NCBI RefSeq assembly: GCF_028641065.1
Contig: NW_026576313.1
Coordinates: 62,001 to 121,914, forward strand
Reading direction: 5' to 3'
DNA: 59,914 nt
Source: Leucoraja erinacea
Lineage: Eukaryota
Part shown: piece by piece, positions 36,341 through 48,572 of the stretch
Layout: each line of letters begins with the position of its first letter
Position numbering within the stretch: position 1 is the stretch's first letter
Program-made: the position numbers and the translations under genes
The notes under the pieces: model-generated
Databases searched by the model: none
The model's input: the letters and a program-made list of their open reading frames with translations, nothing else
Told to the model about the DNA's origin: nothing

Positions 36341-38893
36341 ACAAACGCACGTTGGGGGAACAGACCCACTTGGTCTGCACTTGGTCTAGTTCAAGAATAG
36401 AGACCAGCAGAACCTGACCATTAAAAGGAAGTGTAAGAAAGTTCTAAAAGTGACGCATAAGCAAAGTACATGATGTTAAATTATTTATTGATGAAATGTC
36501 AGAAATAAAGTGTTGACCATTGATTAGTATTATGATTTTTTTTGTTTTTAAATTGAGTGGGTTGGTGCAATATACTGCTAATGTGCCGTTATGAGATATT
36601 CACACTAAAATCTGAATGACATGTATGACAGAATGAAAGGTATTATCCTTGCTTGTTTATGGATCTTGCCTTTGAATTATTAAAATTGGGTTGGTTCCAT
36701 GTGCTGCTAATGTGTCGTTATCAGATATTCCGTGTTATAAAGACAAATAAATCACAATAAAAGCGAAAAGATGCCTATGTTTCTTCCACAGCGTGCGGGG
36801 GAGCCTGACCCGGATCAGCACGGCCAAAACACCAGAGTGAACCTGCGGGGAGGTTTACAATTTTTTACAATGTTTATTATTTAATGTCCCTTTGTCTGGT
36901 CTGAAATAAAGTTCAACATTGGATATAAAAATCAGAATAAATATAATTGTGTGTGTTATATGATTATATACATCTATATCACATTCATAGTGCAGATGTG
37001 AACAGTGTGATTACATTAATGTGATTAGATGAATGAATTATAGAGTGCAAGTTTAATACAAAAGCAACTCAAACACATCATATGAGCCATTAAAAAGAAC
37101 TGATGTAAAAAACATTAAAAAAAAAAAGAAAGTTACCAGAGGCAAAATTTATAAACATGTTTTTCTTTAACAAGAATTAAGAGAATTATGAACTAACATA
37201 ATTATGAATCTAACCCTATATCACACACAAAAGCTTCCCCGCAACGTTGATTACCCTGCGAGTCTGGTCGGATCGGCTAGGTTCCGGTTAACACAAAATT
37301 TACTCAAACACAGGCTATGAACCATTTAAAAAGAAATTATTTAAAAAACATTTGAAAAAAACACTATTACCAGAGTCAAATTTTATTATTGACAAGAATT
37401 AACAGAGGTGAGAACTAACAGAATTACACCTAAGATCCTATAACTCTGCTATAAGATTGGATTACATTGCGTGTCGAGTCGGGTCGGGTCGGGTCAGGTA
37501 GGCTCCGGTTACTAAAATGGGCGGAGAAAAATGCCCAGGATTCCCTCCGTAGCGTACTACACGTCAGCCCATTGTATTTCGCAGGAATAGCCCATCTTGC
37601 TCTGCTCTAAGATCTTTGCTTGGAAGTGCAGGACAACGGAAAAGGTATGTAGTTTTCCCTCGTCGCCGCACGGGGAGGCCTACAAACCTCCACACTGCAC
37701 CTGGAGCGGACGTACCTCGCCACCGCACGGGGGGGGGGGGGGGGGGGGGTAACAAATTTGCCGCCGCACCTGGGGCGGACGCACCTCGCCACCCCACCGG
37801 ACCCGTCGAACCTCACCGCCCCACCGGACCCGTCGAACCACGCCGCCCCACCGACCATCCGCCCACCGAGACCTCCAATGTTTTGCTCGCCACTCCACCG
37901 CCTTGCAGCAGCCCGCAGCCGTCGCCTTACCTGCAGCCTGGACTCATCACCGGGCCTGAATTTTCCACCAAAGATACTCTGGAGCTCCTTTAGTATCTTT
38001 GGTTTCTACGCTGCAGATTCCCACTAACCTGGGTTTAACTGCTGGGTCCTAATGTTAGTCTGTTCCACTGGGTCTTCCCCATTCCCCTCTAACCATGTGA
38101 CCCCCCCCCCCCCCCCCCCCCCCCCCACAGTTATTAAGAAGAAGTTATTGAACCTGTTTGTTTAGTTATAAGTTAGCCTTTTTCAAGCAGATTTGATTCA
38201 GATGTGATTCAGGTTTTGCAATATAATTGTCAATAAGGAACAATTCTTTAAGAAATATTTCCCAACCATTATACAGATGTTTCTTTCTTCACTCAAGTGC
38301 ACTGCATTTTGTGAGAATGCCCCGTCATGTTTCCTTTCTAATAACCGTTGAATAGTTATTTTTATTTTTATTTTCAGATTCCTATCTGAGCACGAGTAAA
38401 ACATATGAAAGTGGTGCTAGCAAGCACAAGAGAAGGAGACTTGAAAATGATACGGTGAAGAAATTAAGACCAATCATTGCTTTCTTGGGTCAGCCACAGA
38501 CAGAGGCAACAAGTGCCAGCGGTGAAGCAGATACGTTGCTACTAACTCAAGGAAATCAGTGTGGTGGTCCAGCCATCTACTAGCATTTAACCAGAAGAAA
38601 ACCTCCCTGAAACAGAAACAGTGATGCAGGACGTGGAACAGCAAGCTGAATATGAGGAAGCAGCCATGATGCTGGCTCAAAATGAAAATATAGAACTGAT
38701 TGATGATGTCAAATATAGAGGTTGGTTTGTGGACAGAATTATCGCTTGAGGACGTATCGTATTGGGAAGAAAGCGGCCCCTCTCAAGTTCAGCATTGTTG
38801 TGGACCGTTTTCAAATTCCAAGCGAGTGTATAAAAATCAGTCTAGGTCTTGCACCAAGGGTCTTTTTTATTCAACAAAATTCAATGGAGAAAC

Positions 38894-38898
<5 letters not shown>

Positions 38899-38951
<53 letters not shown>

Positions 38952-39967
38952 TTTATTTATAGAGCACTTTAAAAACAAACATAGCTGCAACAAAGTGCTG
39001 TACATCACTAATCATTGACAAATAAGTTAATACACACCAAAAATAACAATCAAAAGAAATAGTAGGAAAAGACATGTAAAATAAAGAAAAATCAAAAACA
39101 CCACAAACAGAAGCAAAGCCTCGGGCATGGTCAAAAGCCAGGGAGTACAAATGCGTTTTAACACTGGATTTGAAGATGGACAGTGAGGGGGCCTGTCTGA
39201 TGTGCAACGGCAGGGTGTTCCAGAGTGCCGGAGCAGCAACAGAGAAGGCTCTATCCCCTCTGAGCCTCCGACTAGACCACGGTACCTCCAGGAGCAGCTG
39301 ACCAGCTGACCTGAGGGACCGGGCAGGAGCGTATGGGTGGAGCAGCTCAGAGAGGTAAGGCGGGGCGAGCCCATTCAGAGATTTAAAAACAAATAACAGT
39401 ATCTTAAAATGAACCCGAAAGTGCACCGGGAGCCAGTGTAGGGAGGCCAGAATTGGCGATATGTGCTCCCTCTTTCGAGTCCCTGTTAAAAGGCGAGCAG
39501 CAGCATTCTGAACCAACTGGAGACGAGCCAGTGAAGAACGAGCAACACCAAAATAGAGCGCGTTACAGTAATCCAGCCTAGATGTAATAAAGGCATGGAT
39601 TACTGTCTCAAAATGCTGCCGCTCGAGAATGGGCTTCACCTTCGCCAGCTTCCTTAGGTGAAAGAAGCTGGACTTAACCACCGCGCATATTTGGCGATCT
39701 AATTTAAAGTCACTGTCCATCCTAAAACCCAGGTTCACAACTGTTGGCTTCACGTACCTTGACAATGGACCTAAATCAACAAATGGAGGTTCACGGCAGC
39801 CATTGGAATCAAATAAAATCACCTCTGTCTTCTTTTCATTAAATCCAAGAAAGTTTAGGGCCAACCAGGACTTAATGTCATCAAGACAAGACAGAAGCGA
39901 TTTTACAGAAAAGGCATCTTCCCCCCTCAGCGGCAAATAAAGCTGGGTATCATCTGCATAACAGTGG
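38899..39967 (-). mobile_element. 5'-truncated L2-clade LINE with (TTA)n tail, inserted in the hAT transposase
   Basis: Open frame HCYADDTQLY..SRLDYCNAL..LQLVQNAAARL..LHWLPV..LAPPYL..RAFSVAAPALWN; ATATA TSD at 38894-38898 / 39968-39972; hAT frame NGETY|SREWL restored on removal. Confidence 0.93.
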
Positions 39968-41067
39968 ATATAGCCGAGAGTGGCTTGTGTATTCTCCATC
40001 AAAAGGCCGGATATATTGCTTTGTTTGTAAACTATTTCCAAACATTGCGTCTTATTCTTCTGCTACATCTTCAGCACCTGAAGGGTTTAATGATTGGCGA
40101 AACCCCTATCTTATCCAAACTCGCTAAAACTCAGAGAAACACAGGAATGCCATATTGACCCACTTAACAAGAAAGCGGGGGCAAACGTTAACTGAAAAGC
40201 TACAGGAACAAATAAAAGCAGAGCAGCAGTACATGGCTTGTACGTACAAGGGTATGTAGCAAACAAATCCTCGAAAAAACAAATTTGCAACATTTATTCC
40301 ATGCGCTGCTCACTCGTTAAATTTGGTGGGCCGTTCGGCTGTTGATTGCTGCCTTGATGCAGTGAACTGTTTTGGAATTATCAATGACAGTTATACCTTC
40401 TTTTCATCCTCCACAAAGAGATGGGAAGTTCTAAAATCATTTTTGCAACCTCAGTCAAAAGTGCTCAAATATTTGTCAGACACAAGGTGGGAGGCACATG
40501 CAAACGCCACAGAAGCTATTTTGGAAAGTTACAGCACCATCACTGAAGCGGTCATTTGTACTCTGATGTTAATGTGAAGGGTGATACCAGGCTTCAAGCT
40601 AACAATCTTTTGCAGAAAATGGAAGAACTGGAATTTGTGTTTATGCTGCATTTTTGGACCCATCTACTAGGTCATTTCCACAGTCAACAAAGCCATTCAG
40701 AAATCCAAACTGTTATTGAGTTCTTGTGCAAGTTTGTACAGTTCACTTCATGATTTTATAAGCAAAATTAGAGAAGATTTTGATGAGCTTGAGCAACAAA
40801 CGAAGGTCACCTTGCCAGATGTTAACTACAGAACTGTGACAAAGAGACAAAGATCAAGGAAATGGCAAGGAAATGATGGAAGTGCACCGGGTCCTGATGC
40901 TTTAGAAAAACTCCCTTCAAGAGATAAGTTTAAGATAAAATTCTTCATTCCTATAATAGATGCACTTTACACCAATTAAAAAAGAAGAGGTACTGTGTAT
41001 AGTGAAGTTGCACAACAGTTTCCCTTTCTTGCTTATCTGACCGCATCTAAGCATGAAATTCAGCAAG

Positions 41068-41135
41068 ATTCAGATTCAATTTTAATTGTCATTGTCAGTG
41101 TACAGTACAGAGACAACGAAATGCATTTCGTTTAT
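41068..41135 (-). mobile_element. Rex1 3'-tail micro-insertion
   Basis: Reverse complement of 47868-47925; GCAAG TSD; the site is empty in hAT copy 1 (~22012-22030). Confidence 0.85.
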
Positions 41136-42114
41136 GCAAGGTGTTGAACTGTTGATGGAAGCATACCCAGAAGATGTTGACCTGAAACTTACTGATGAAC
41201 TTTTGCACTTTCACTCGTATGTGAGACAAAGCCATAGGCATACAGAATAGCTACAGACCTTTATCAAATAATATACAAGGAAACAATGCAGATGGCCTTC
41301 CCTAATGTGGAAGCAATCTTGCGGCTGTTTCTTAGCTTAAATGTCACCAACTGCTCGGGAGAGAGGTCTTTTTCAAGACTCAAAAGAATTAAGAATGAAT
41401 TAAGGTCCACAATGTCTCAAGAGAGGTTGTCTGCACTGAGCATTCTGTGCATTGAAAGTGACAAACTTAGACAAACAGAGCTTGGTGAACTTCTGGATGA
41501 TTTTGCTATGAAGAAGGCGAGAAAAAAACATTTTTGCTCTAAGTGTATTTATAGTTTCTTTATTTCCTAATATTCCATATTCAATTCAAGAGACACTATT
41601 GTCACATGCACCAGTTGGTACAATGACATTTGGGGGTCACCATCCGACGACGGAACGGGAGAACATTCTCAGCGGCTTGGACTTCCGAATCGGCCACTTC
41701 CTACCGGAGACCGCGGCTCCCGAAGTCCACAGGCTCAGCTGGGCGGAGATTCACGCTGGCGGCCCTCGGCAAAGGGATTCCAGGGCTCCGCGATATTGAA
41801 ATCAGCGCAGCCCGAGGCTGGGAGCTCCGCAAACCACAGCTCCATGATGTTGAAGCAGCAAGCCCAACACTCCAGAGCTTCAAACAGTGATCCAGGTAAG
41901 GCATCGCCCGCTCCGCGGTGAAACCAATATGTATTTTAAAACCAACTGTTTAATGACAGTCGGATCTAAAATTGTCACACTGTCACTGTCGGGTAGACAT
42001 GGTCCTCTAGTCGTGGGAGTGGGGGGTTGGGGGGGGGGGGGGGGGGGGGGGGGCTCACAAGTGAAATAGCTTAGGGCCTCTCTTCATCTAAATCCGGCCC
42101 TGCAGATGATGCAG

Positions 42115-42528
42115 ATTTATTCTTTGGAGCGCAGAAGGTTAAGGGGGGACTTGATAGAGGTTTTTAAAATGATGAGAGGGATAGACAGAGTTGACGTGGA
42201 AAAGCTTTTCCCACTGAGAGAAGGGAAGATTCAAACAAGGGGACATTACTTGAGAATTAAGGGACTGACGTTTAGGGGTAACATGAGGGGGAACTTCTTT
42301 ACTCAGAGAGTGGTGGCTGTGTGGAATGAGCTTCCAGTGAAGGTGGTGGAGGCAGGTTCGTTTTTATCATTTAAAAATAAATTGGATAGTTATATGGACG
42401 GGAAGGGAATGGAAGTTTATGGTCTGAGCGCAGGTATATGGGACTAGGGGAGATTATGTGTTCGGCACGGACTAGAAGGGTCGAGATGGCCTGTTTCCGT
42501 GCTGTAATTGTTATATGGTTATATGGTT
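42115..42528 (+). mobile_element. CR1 family B 3' end
   Basis: YSLERRRLRGDLIEVFK.. peptide and TTATATGG tail. Confidence 0.92.
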
Positions 42529-43171
42529 GTGCCTGACCCACTGCTGAGTAGCTCCAGCACTTTGTTTTAGACCAGGTTACACCCCCTGGTTAAAGTCATC
42601 CTAGTTACTTCCTGTTGCAGGGAAAGTAGTTTAATGTTCATAACACTTGTTTTTAACTCATTACAATTAAGTAATCTTGCCCCTTCCATTCACTCAACTG
42701 TAGCTTTGTTTGGAATTGGTCTAAATCTACATTTGGTTTAGTATGTTTGTGTCTGTTGCCAGAATCCATTTCCTCTCCTCGCTGCTCCTTTCTAAAGGGA
42801 TGACCAATTAGTATTAGTTTCCACCCAGGATCTCCAGAGACTGGGTCCTCTGCTGGTGGAAGAGTCTGCCATGGCTAGACTGTCTTCCCCATTCTGCCAC
42901 ATGTTGCATAAACTGGGCCAAACTTCACTAGTGTTCCTTTATTTGTATGTCTCAATTAATTCAAAGTGTTTCTTTGTCAGTTAAAGTAGTATCTGGTTTG
43001 TCATGGTGTGTTTCTCCAGATATTTGAACTGCCTGTATGCTCCTATCTGTTTCTGTTTGTGCACATGGTTTCAATGTCCATGGTAAAGGGTACGGTATCT
43101 GGGGCATGTCGGGGAGAACCATGTGGTGATCCGTTGCACTACAGGCCCGTCCAGTTTGTGGTCAACCGTGT

Positions 43172-43790
43172 GGTTTAAGAAAGAATTGCAGAAGCTGGAA
43201 AAATCGAAGGTAGACAAAAATGTTGGAGTAACTCAGCGGGTGAGGCAGCATTTTTGGAGAGAAGGAATAGGTGACGTTTCAGGTCGAGACCCTTGTTCAG
43301 ACTGAAGTTGGGGTGGGGGGGGGCGGGAAAAAGAAAGGAAAAGGCAGCGACAGTAGGCTGTGGGAGAGCTGGGAAGGGGAAGGAGGAAGAAACCACTGAA
43401 ATTGGAGAATGGGAAGATGAGGCCAATGGTGGGATCCTGTTGGAGGTGGCAAAAATGTTGCCACCTCCATTGGGATCTGTTGTTTGTGATGGCTGGTAGG
43501 GTGGAAGGTGAGGACATGGGGGACTCTGTCCTTGTAACGAGTAGGGGGATGGTGAGTAAGAGCAGAGCTGTGGGATATAGAAGAGACCATGATAAGAGTG
43601 CTGAAGAAACTGAGCAGGTCAGGCACCATCTCTGGAGGAAAAGGATGGGTGATATTTTCGTTAAAAACCCTTTTTGTTCCATCCCAAAATGTCTTGTTTC
43701 TCCAGAGATGCTGCCTGACCCACTGAGTTACTCCAGCAATGTATCCATCTTTGGTATAAACCAGCATCTACAGGTCTTTGTTTCTACATT
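43172..43790 (-). mobile_element. Penelope terminal fragments in both orientations
   Basis: Terminal repeat with a hammerhead-like motif at 43271-43305, a KDRVPHVLTFHP peptide and further CAGAGATGCTGCCTGACCC copies. Confidence 0.7.
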
Positions 43791-44164
43791 TTACATCAGC
43801 CAGGTTCAATTTCAGTTGTGACAAGGTTAGGGCATCATCACGTTTGTAAAGATACACCCTTTTATTCTGTCACTGTGCCCTCTGGTGCGAGACTCTCCCA
43901 CTAGTAGAAACATCAGTTTAGTTCTAGATACAGCACAGAAACAGCACAATTCCAGTTGCACCGGAAAAAACTAATTAAAATCCCTGGACACTTCAAATGA
44001 CATAATTAAAAGGAAAAGTCAGCAGAATTAATCAAAGGAGCAAACACAATTCAGGAGAAAGCGATAGTGTTCTCACAGATCTCATGCCCTGGAGATATAG
44101 ATCCACATCAGATACAAGGGGAGGCTCCCTGTCTCTACCCTGAGCACTGCTCCCAAGGGGAGAT

Positions 44165-45192
44165 AGCCCAGGACCACTGCTCCCATCCACAGCCCAGGAC
44201 CACTGCTCCCATCCACAGCCCAGGACCACTGCTCCCATCCATCCACAGCCCAGGACCACTGCTCCCATCCATCCACAGCCCAGGACCACTGCTCCCATCC
44301 ACAGCCCAGGCCCACTGCTCCCATCCACAGCCCAGGCCCACTGCTCCCATCCACAGCCCAGGACCACTGCTCCCATCCACAGCCCAGGACCACTGCTCCC
44401 ATCCATCCACAGCCCAGGACCACTGCTCCCATCCACAGCCCAGGCCCACTGCTCCCATCCACAGCCCAGGCCCACTGCCCCCATCCACAGCCCACAGCCC
44501 AGGCCCACTGCTCCCATCCACAGCCCAGGCCCACTGCTCCCATCCACAGCCCAGGACCACTGCTCCCATCCGCAGCCTAGGACCACTGCTCCCATCCACA
44601 GCCCAGGACCACTGCTCCCATCCACAGCCCAGGCCCACTGCTCCCGTCCGCAGCCCAGGACCACTGCTCCCACCCACAGCCCAGGACCAGTGCTCCCAGC
44701 CACAGCCCAGGCCCACTGCTCCCATCCACAGCCCAGGACCACTGCTCCCATCCACAGCCCAGGACCACTGCTCCCATCCACAGCCCAGGACCACTGCTCC
44801 CATCCACAGCCCAGGACCACTGCTCCCATCCACAGCCTAGGATCACTGCTCCCATCCACAGCCCAGGACCACTGCTCCCATCCACAGCCCAGGCCCACTG
44901 CTCCCATCCAAAGCCCAGGACCACTGCTCCCAACCACAGCCCAGGACCAGTGCTCCCAGCCACAGCCCAGGCCCACTGCTCCCATCCACAGCCCAGGACC
45001 ACTGCTCCCATCCACAGCCCAGGACCACTGCTCCCATCCACAGCCCAGGACCACTGCTCCCATCCACAGCCCAGGACCACTGCTCCCATCCACAGCCCAG
45101 GACCACTGCTCCCATCCACAGCCCAGGACCACTGCACTCCCATCCACAGCCCAGGACCACTGCTCCCATCCACAGCCCAGGACCACTGCACT
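44165..45192. repeat. 26-bp minisatellite (CCAGGACCACTGCTCCCATCCACAGC), ~39 copies
   Basis: Period measured directly (44167, 44193); variant units with ATCC duplications and GAC/GCC changes. Confidence 0.97.
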
Positions 45193-45630
45193 CAGACACT
45201 CTCACGTCCCCCTTTTACACACAGCGGCTGGCAATTTTCTAACCAGCTCCAATCAAACCAATTACCACATTAACCCTTCGCCCACCTGTGGCCAATCAAT
45301 GTGTGTTGCACACATCATGATATCCACCTGGGGCAATAGTTGTCTGCGGGACAATAATTGCCCTCCGACTAGTTGCTCTTTGCATAAAGTGGCTGCTTGT
45401 CTTTCCTAAAGTCAGAGATGACACACAATCAGAATTAGGCCATTCGGCCCATCGAGTCTACCCCACCATTCACCCATTGCGTGGGGGCGGGGAGATGAAA
45501 GGAAAAAAAGGAGGAGGAGCCCGAAGGCTGGGGGATGGGAGGAGACAGCAGGAGGGCCGAGGAAGGGGAGGAGACAGCAAGGACCAACAAAATTGCCCCC
45601 CCCTGTTCATGCCCCCCAGGATGCAGACTC

Positions 45631-47930
45631 CACCAACATGTATCCCTCCCCACTAGAGTAGACAGGACACTGGACAAAGTCTACACTAACATGGCTGAAG
45701 CTTAATAAGCCGTCCCCCTCCCCCACCTCGGTCAGTCAGATCACCTCTCATTGTTCCTGCTCCCTAAGTACTCCCCACTCATCAGACGGGTTTAAACCAA
45801 CTGTAAGGACAGTTAAAGTCTGGTCAGAGGAAGCGGACTCCACACTTCAGCAGTATTTTGGAAACACTGACTGGAAGGCGTTTGCAGCCCAGGCCACCCT
45901 TGACTCCCACATGGACATTCATTCCTACACATCCTCTGTTCTGGACTTTATAAACTCCACCATCAATAATGTCACCTCCCTCAAACGAGTGACCATATAC
46001 CCGATTCAGAAGCCATGGATGAACAGCGAGGTCAGGCTACTGCTGAAAGCACGGGCCACCGCTTTCAGGTCAGGCGATGCTCGAGCCTACAGTTCATCCA
46101 GAGCTAACCTGAAGAGGGGCATCAGGAAGGCCAAGCACTGCCATAAGCTGAGGATTGAGGAGCACTTTAACAACAACTCGACTCCCGACGCATGTGGCAA
46201 GGCATCCAGGCCATCACGGACTACAGACCCACCAACACCACCCCCACATCCAGCGACGCCTCCTTCCTTGAGGAGCTTAACCACTTCTATGGCCGCTTCG
46301 ACAGGGACAATCTAGAGACAGCCATCAAGGCTGTGCTCCCTGCTGATCACCAACCCCTCACACTCACCCCCTACGACGTGTACGTGGCACTGAGTAGGAC
46401 TAATGCATGTAAGGCTGCTGGCCCTGACGGCATCCGCGGGCGCGTCCTCAGGGCCTGTGCTGCGCAGCTGACAGACGTCTGGACTGACATCTTCAACCTG
46501 TCACCTGCCCAAGCAGTTGTCCCCACATGCCTTAAAACCACCTCCATCGTGCCGGTGCCAAAACATTCCACAGCGGCAAGCCTCAACGACTTCCGCCCAG
46601 TTGCACTTACTCCCATCATCACCAAGTGCTTCGAGAGGCTGGTCCTGGCACACCTCAAAGGCTGCCTACCCCCCACATCGGACCCCTATCAGTTTGCGTA
46701 CCGCAAGAATAGGAGTACGGAGGTTGCCATCTCAACGATACTTCACTCTGCCCTCTCCCACCTCGACAACAGAGACACTTACGTAAGAATGCTGTTCATT
46801 GATTACAGCTCAGCATTCAACACCATTATACCCTCTAAACTGATCACCAAACTCGGTAACCTGGGCATCGACCCCTCCCTCTGCAACTGGATACTGGACG
46901 TTCAAACTAACAGACCCCAGTCTGTTAGGTTAGACAAGCACACCTCTTCAACCCTCACCCTGAACACCGGTGTTCCACAGGGCTGTGTGCTGAGCCCCCT
47001 CCTCTACTCCCTCTTCACCTACGACTGCACACCTGTACTAACACCATCATCAAGTATGCAGATGATACAACGGTGAGTGGCCTCATCAGCAACAACGATG
47101 AGTCGGCCTATAGGGAGGAGGTCCAGCTCCTAGCAGCATGGTGCGCTGACAACAACCTGGCCCTTAACTCCAAGAAGACCAAGGAGCTCAATGTAGACTT
47201 CAGGAAGTCTAGGGGCGGCACGCACACCCCCATCCACATCAACGGGACGGAGGTGGAACGTGTTTCCAGCTTCAGGTTCCTGGGGGGTCAACATATCGGA
47301 TGACCTCTCTTGGACCCACAATACCTCAACTCTGGTCAAGAAGGCTCACCAACGTCTCTTCTTCCTGAGGAGACGGAAGAAGATCCATCTGTCTCCTCAG
47401 ATTCTGGTGAACTTCTACCGCTGCACCATCGAGAGCATCCTTACCAACTGCATCACAGTATGGTATGGCAACTGCTCTGTCTCCTACCGGAAAGCACTGC
47501 AGAGGGTGGTGAAAACTGCCCAACGCATCACCGGTTCCTCGCTCCCCTCCATTGAGTCTGTCAAAGCAAGCATTGACTGTAGAGGGTGCTCAGCATCGCC
47601 AAGGACTGCTCTCACACCAACCATGGACTGTTTACTCTCCTACCATCCGGGAGGCGCTACAGGTCTCTCCGTTGCCGGACCAGCAGGTCCAGGAACAGCT
47701 TCTTCCCTGCGGTTGTCACACTACTCAACAATGTACCTCGGTGACTCCCAAATACCCCCCCCCCCCCCCCTCGACACTCCTCCCACAGGAAAAACACTAT
47801 GTCTGTATACATGTAGAGTTATTTATTGAAATCATATTCTATGTCGCTCTTCCAGGGAGATGCTAACTGCATTTCGTTGTCTCTGTACTGTACACTGACA
47901 ATGACAATTAAAGTTGAATCTGAATCTGAA
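45631..47930 (+). mobile_element. Rex1/Babar LINE, 5'-truncated, few frameshifts
   Basis: LGQSDH endonuclease end, [51 protein letters not shown] and FYRCTIESIL; tail TGACAATTAAAG(TTGAATC)n. Confidence 0.93.
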
Positions 47931-48572
47931 GCATACCCGTTACTAAACGCACGAACATTAAGGTGGTTACTGATGTTACAAACTGTTATAAATGAATATA
48001 ATTTCAAAGAGAAATAGGAGATTTCCGTGGAAAGAATATTTAACCAGAATATGGAGAGGTCGCTGCAAAATGCTGACTTAAAGCAATACGCCGTCAACTC
48101 AGGGTTGTTTCTTAGCCCACTGACAGGTGTTTCAAACTCACCGCGTAGCTCGCTGTTAATCGATTCATAGCTATTAATTTTCAATCCTGGTCCGTATCGA
48201 ACTTCTCCAAATGCAAACGCTTCAAGTTACGCTTCTTGTGTGGTGGTACGGGGGCGGGGGGGGGGGGGGGGGGGGGGCGGAGATGCTAGGATAAAATACC
48301 ATATTATATAGCATTTATATAGCGATCCTGCTGTGAAATTTTTTAAGTCGTAAGTTGTATTTTATTTCAAAGTGGGAATTGGAAGACAGGGACAGAGATG
48401 TTACACAGAGATTTTGATAGGAAGGAAACATTACAGCAGCTGTGTAAAAGATCGGTCAAATGAAGATCGGACGAGGGGGTTTGGGGGTGGGGGGAAGTAT
48501 ATATAGCTTGGGACTTGCCTAAATGAGTACTGAGATAGATTCTCATTCCACACCAGATATCTTATACAATAA

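Larger units (their letters stand above)
35257..36389 (+). mobile_element. Non-autonomous Helitron
   Basis: 5' TCTATATTACTAAAA, 3' CTAG preceded by the hairpin CAGACC-CACTT-GGTCTG, inserted between A and T without a TSD. Removal restores the transposase codons CTC AAA|TTC AAG AAT. Confidence 0.85.
30729..37618 (+). mobile_element. P-element superfamily (THAP9-like) transposon, inactivated; right terminus at 37618, left end not visible
   Basis: THAP exon 30729-30761 + 31595-31831 (CRQWVQNTRRHDL..RLCSEHF..LVWDAVPMLF). Main exon from 32306 with FDEM, VVCDQG, DPPHLLKN and NQDVVENLF. C-terminal YIAGH/CxxC and RIHYGLKF..KRKCKK ending ~36470. Terminus ..CTAAGATCTTTG (CA.. on the other strand) is inferred. 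Confidence 0.88.
37880..42102 (+). mobile_element. hAT DNA transposon copy 2 (TTF-zinc-finger/ZMYM1-like transposase pseudogene); left TIR not visible
   Basis: KTYESGASKHKR, REWLVYSPSKGRIYCFVCKLF, IPCAAHSLNLVG, LSDTRW and VTNCSGERSFSRLKRIKNELRSTM (hATC). Ends ..CATCTAAATCCGGCCCTG; collinear with copy 1. Confidence 0.92.

Noticed and set aside
35632-36369. Pro-rich and Gly-rich ORFs
   Set aside because: Translations of C/G homopolymer tracts within the Helitron.
13997-42102. 28-kb composite transposon bounded by inward-facing hAT TIRs
   Set aside because: Both are the same (3') end, the flanks differ (ATTATTCC vs CAGATGAT), and copy 1 already has its own TSD.
44032-45409. Long repetitive ORFs (up to 384 aa) on both strands
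   Set aside because: By-product of a stop-free 26-bp unit that cycles through all frames.
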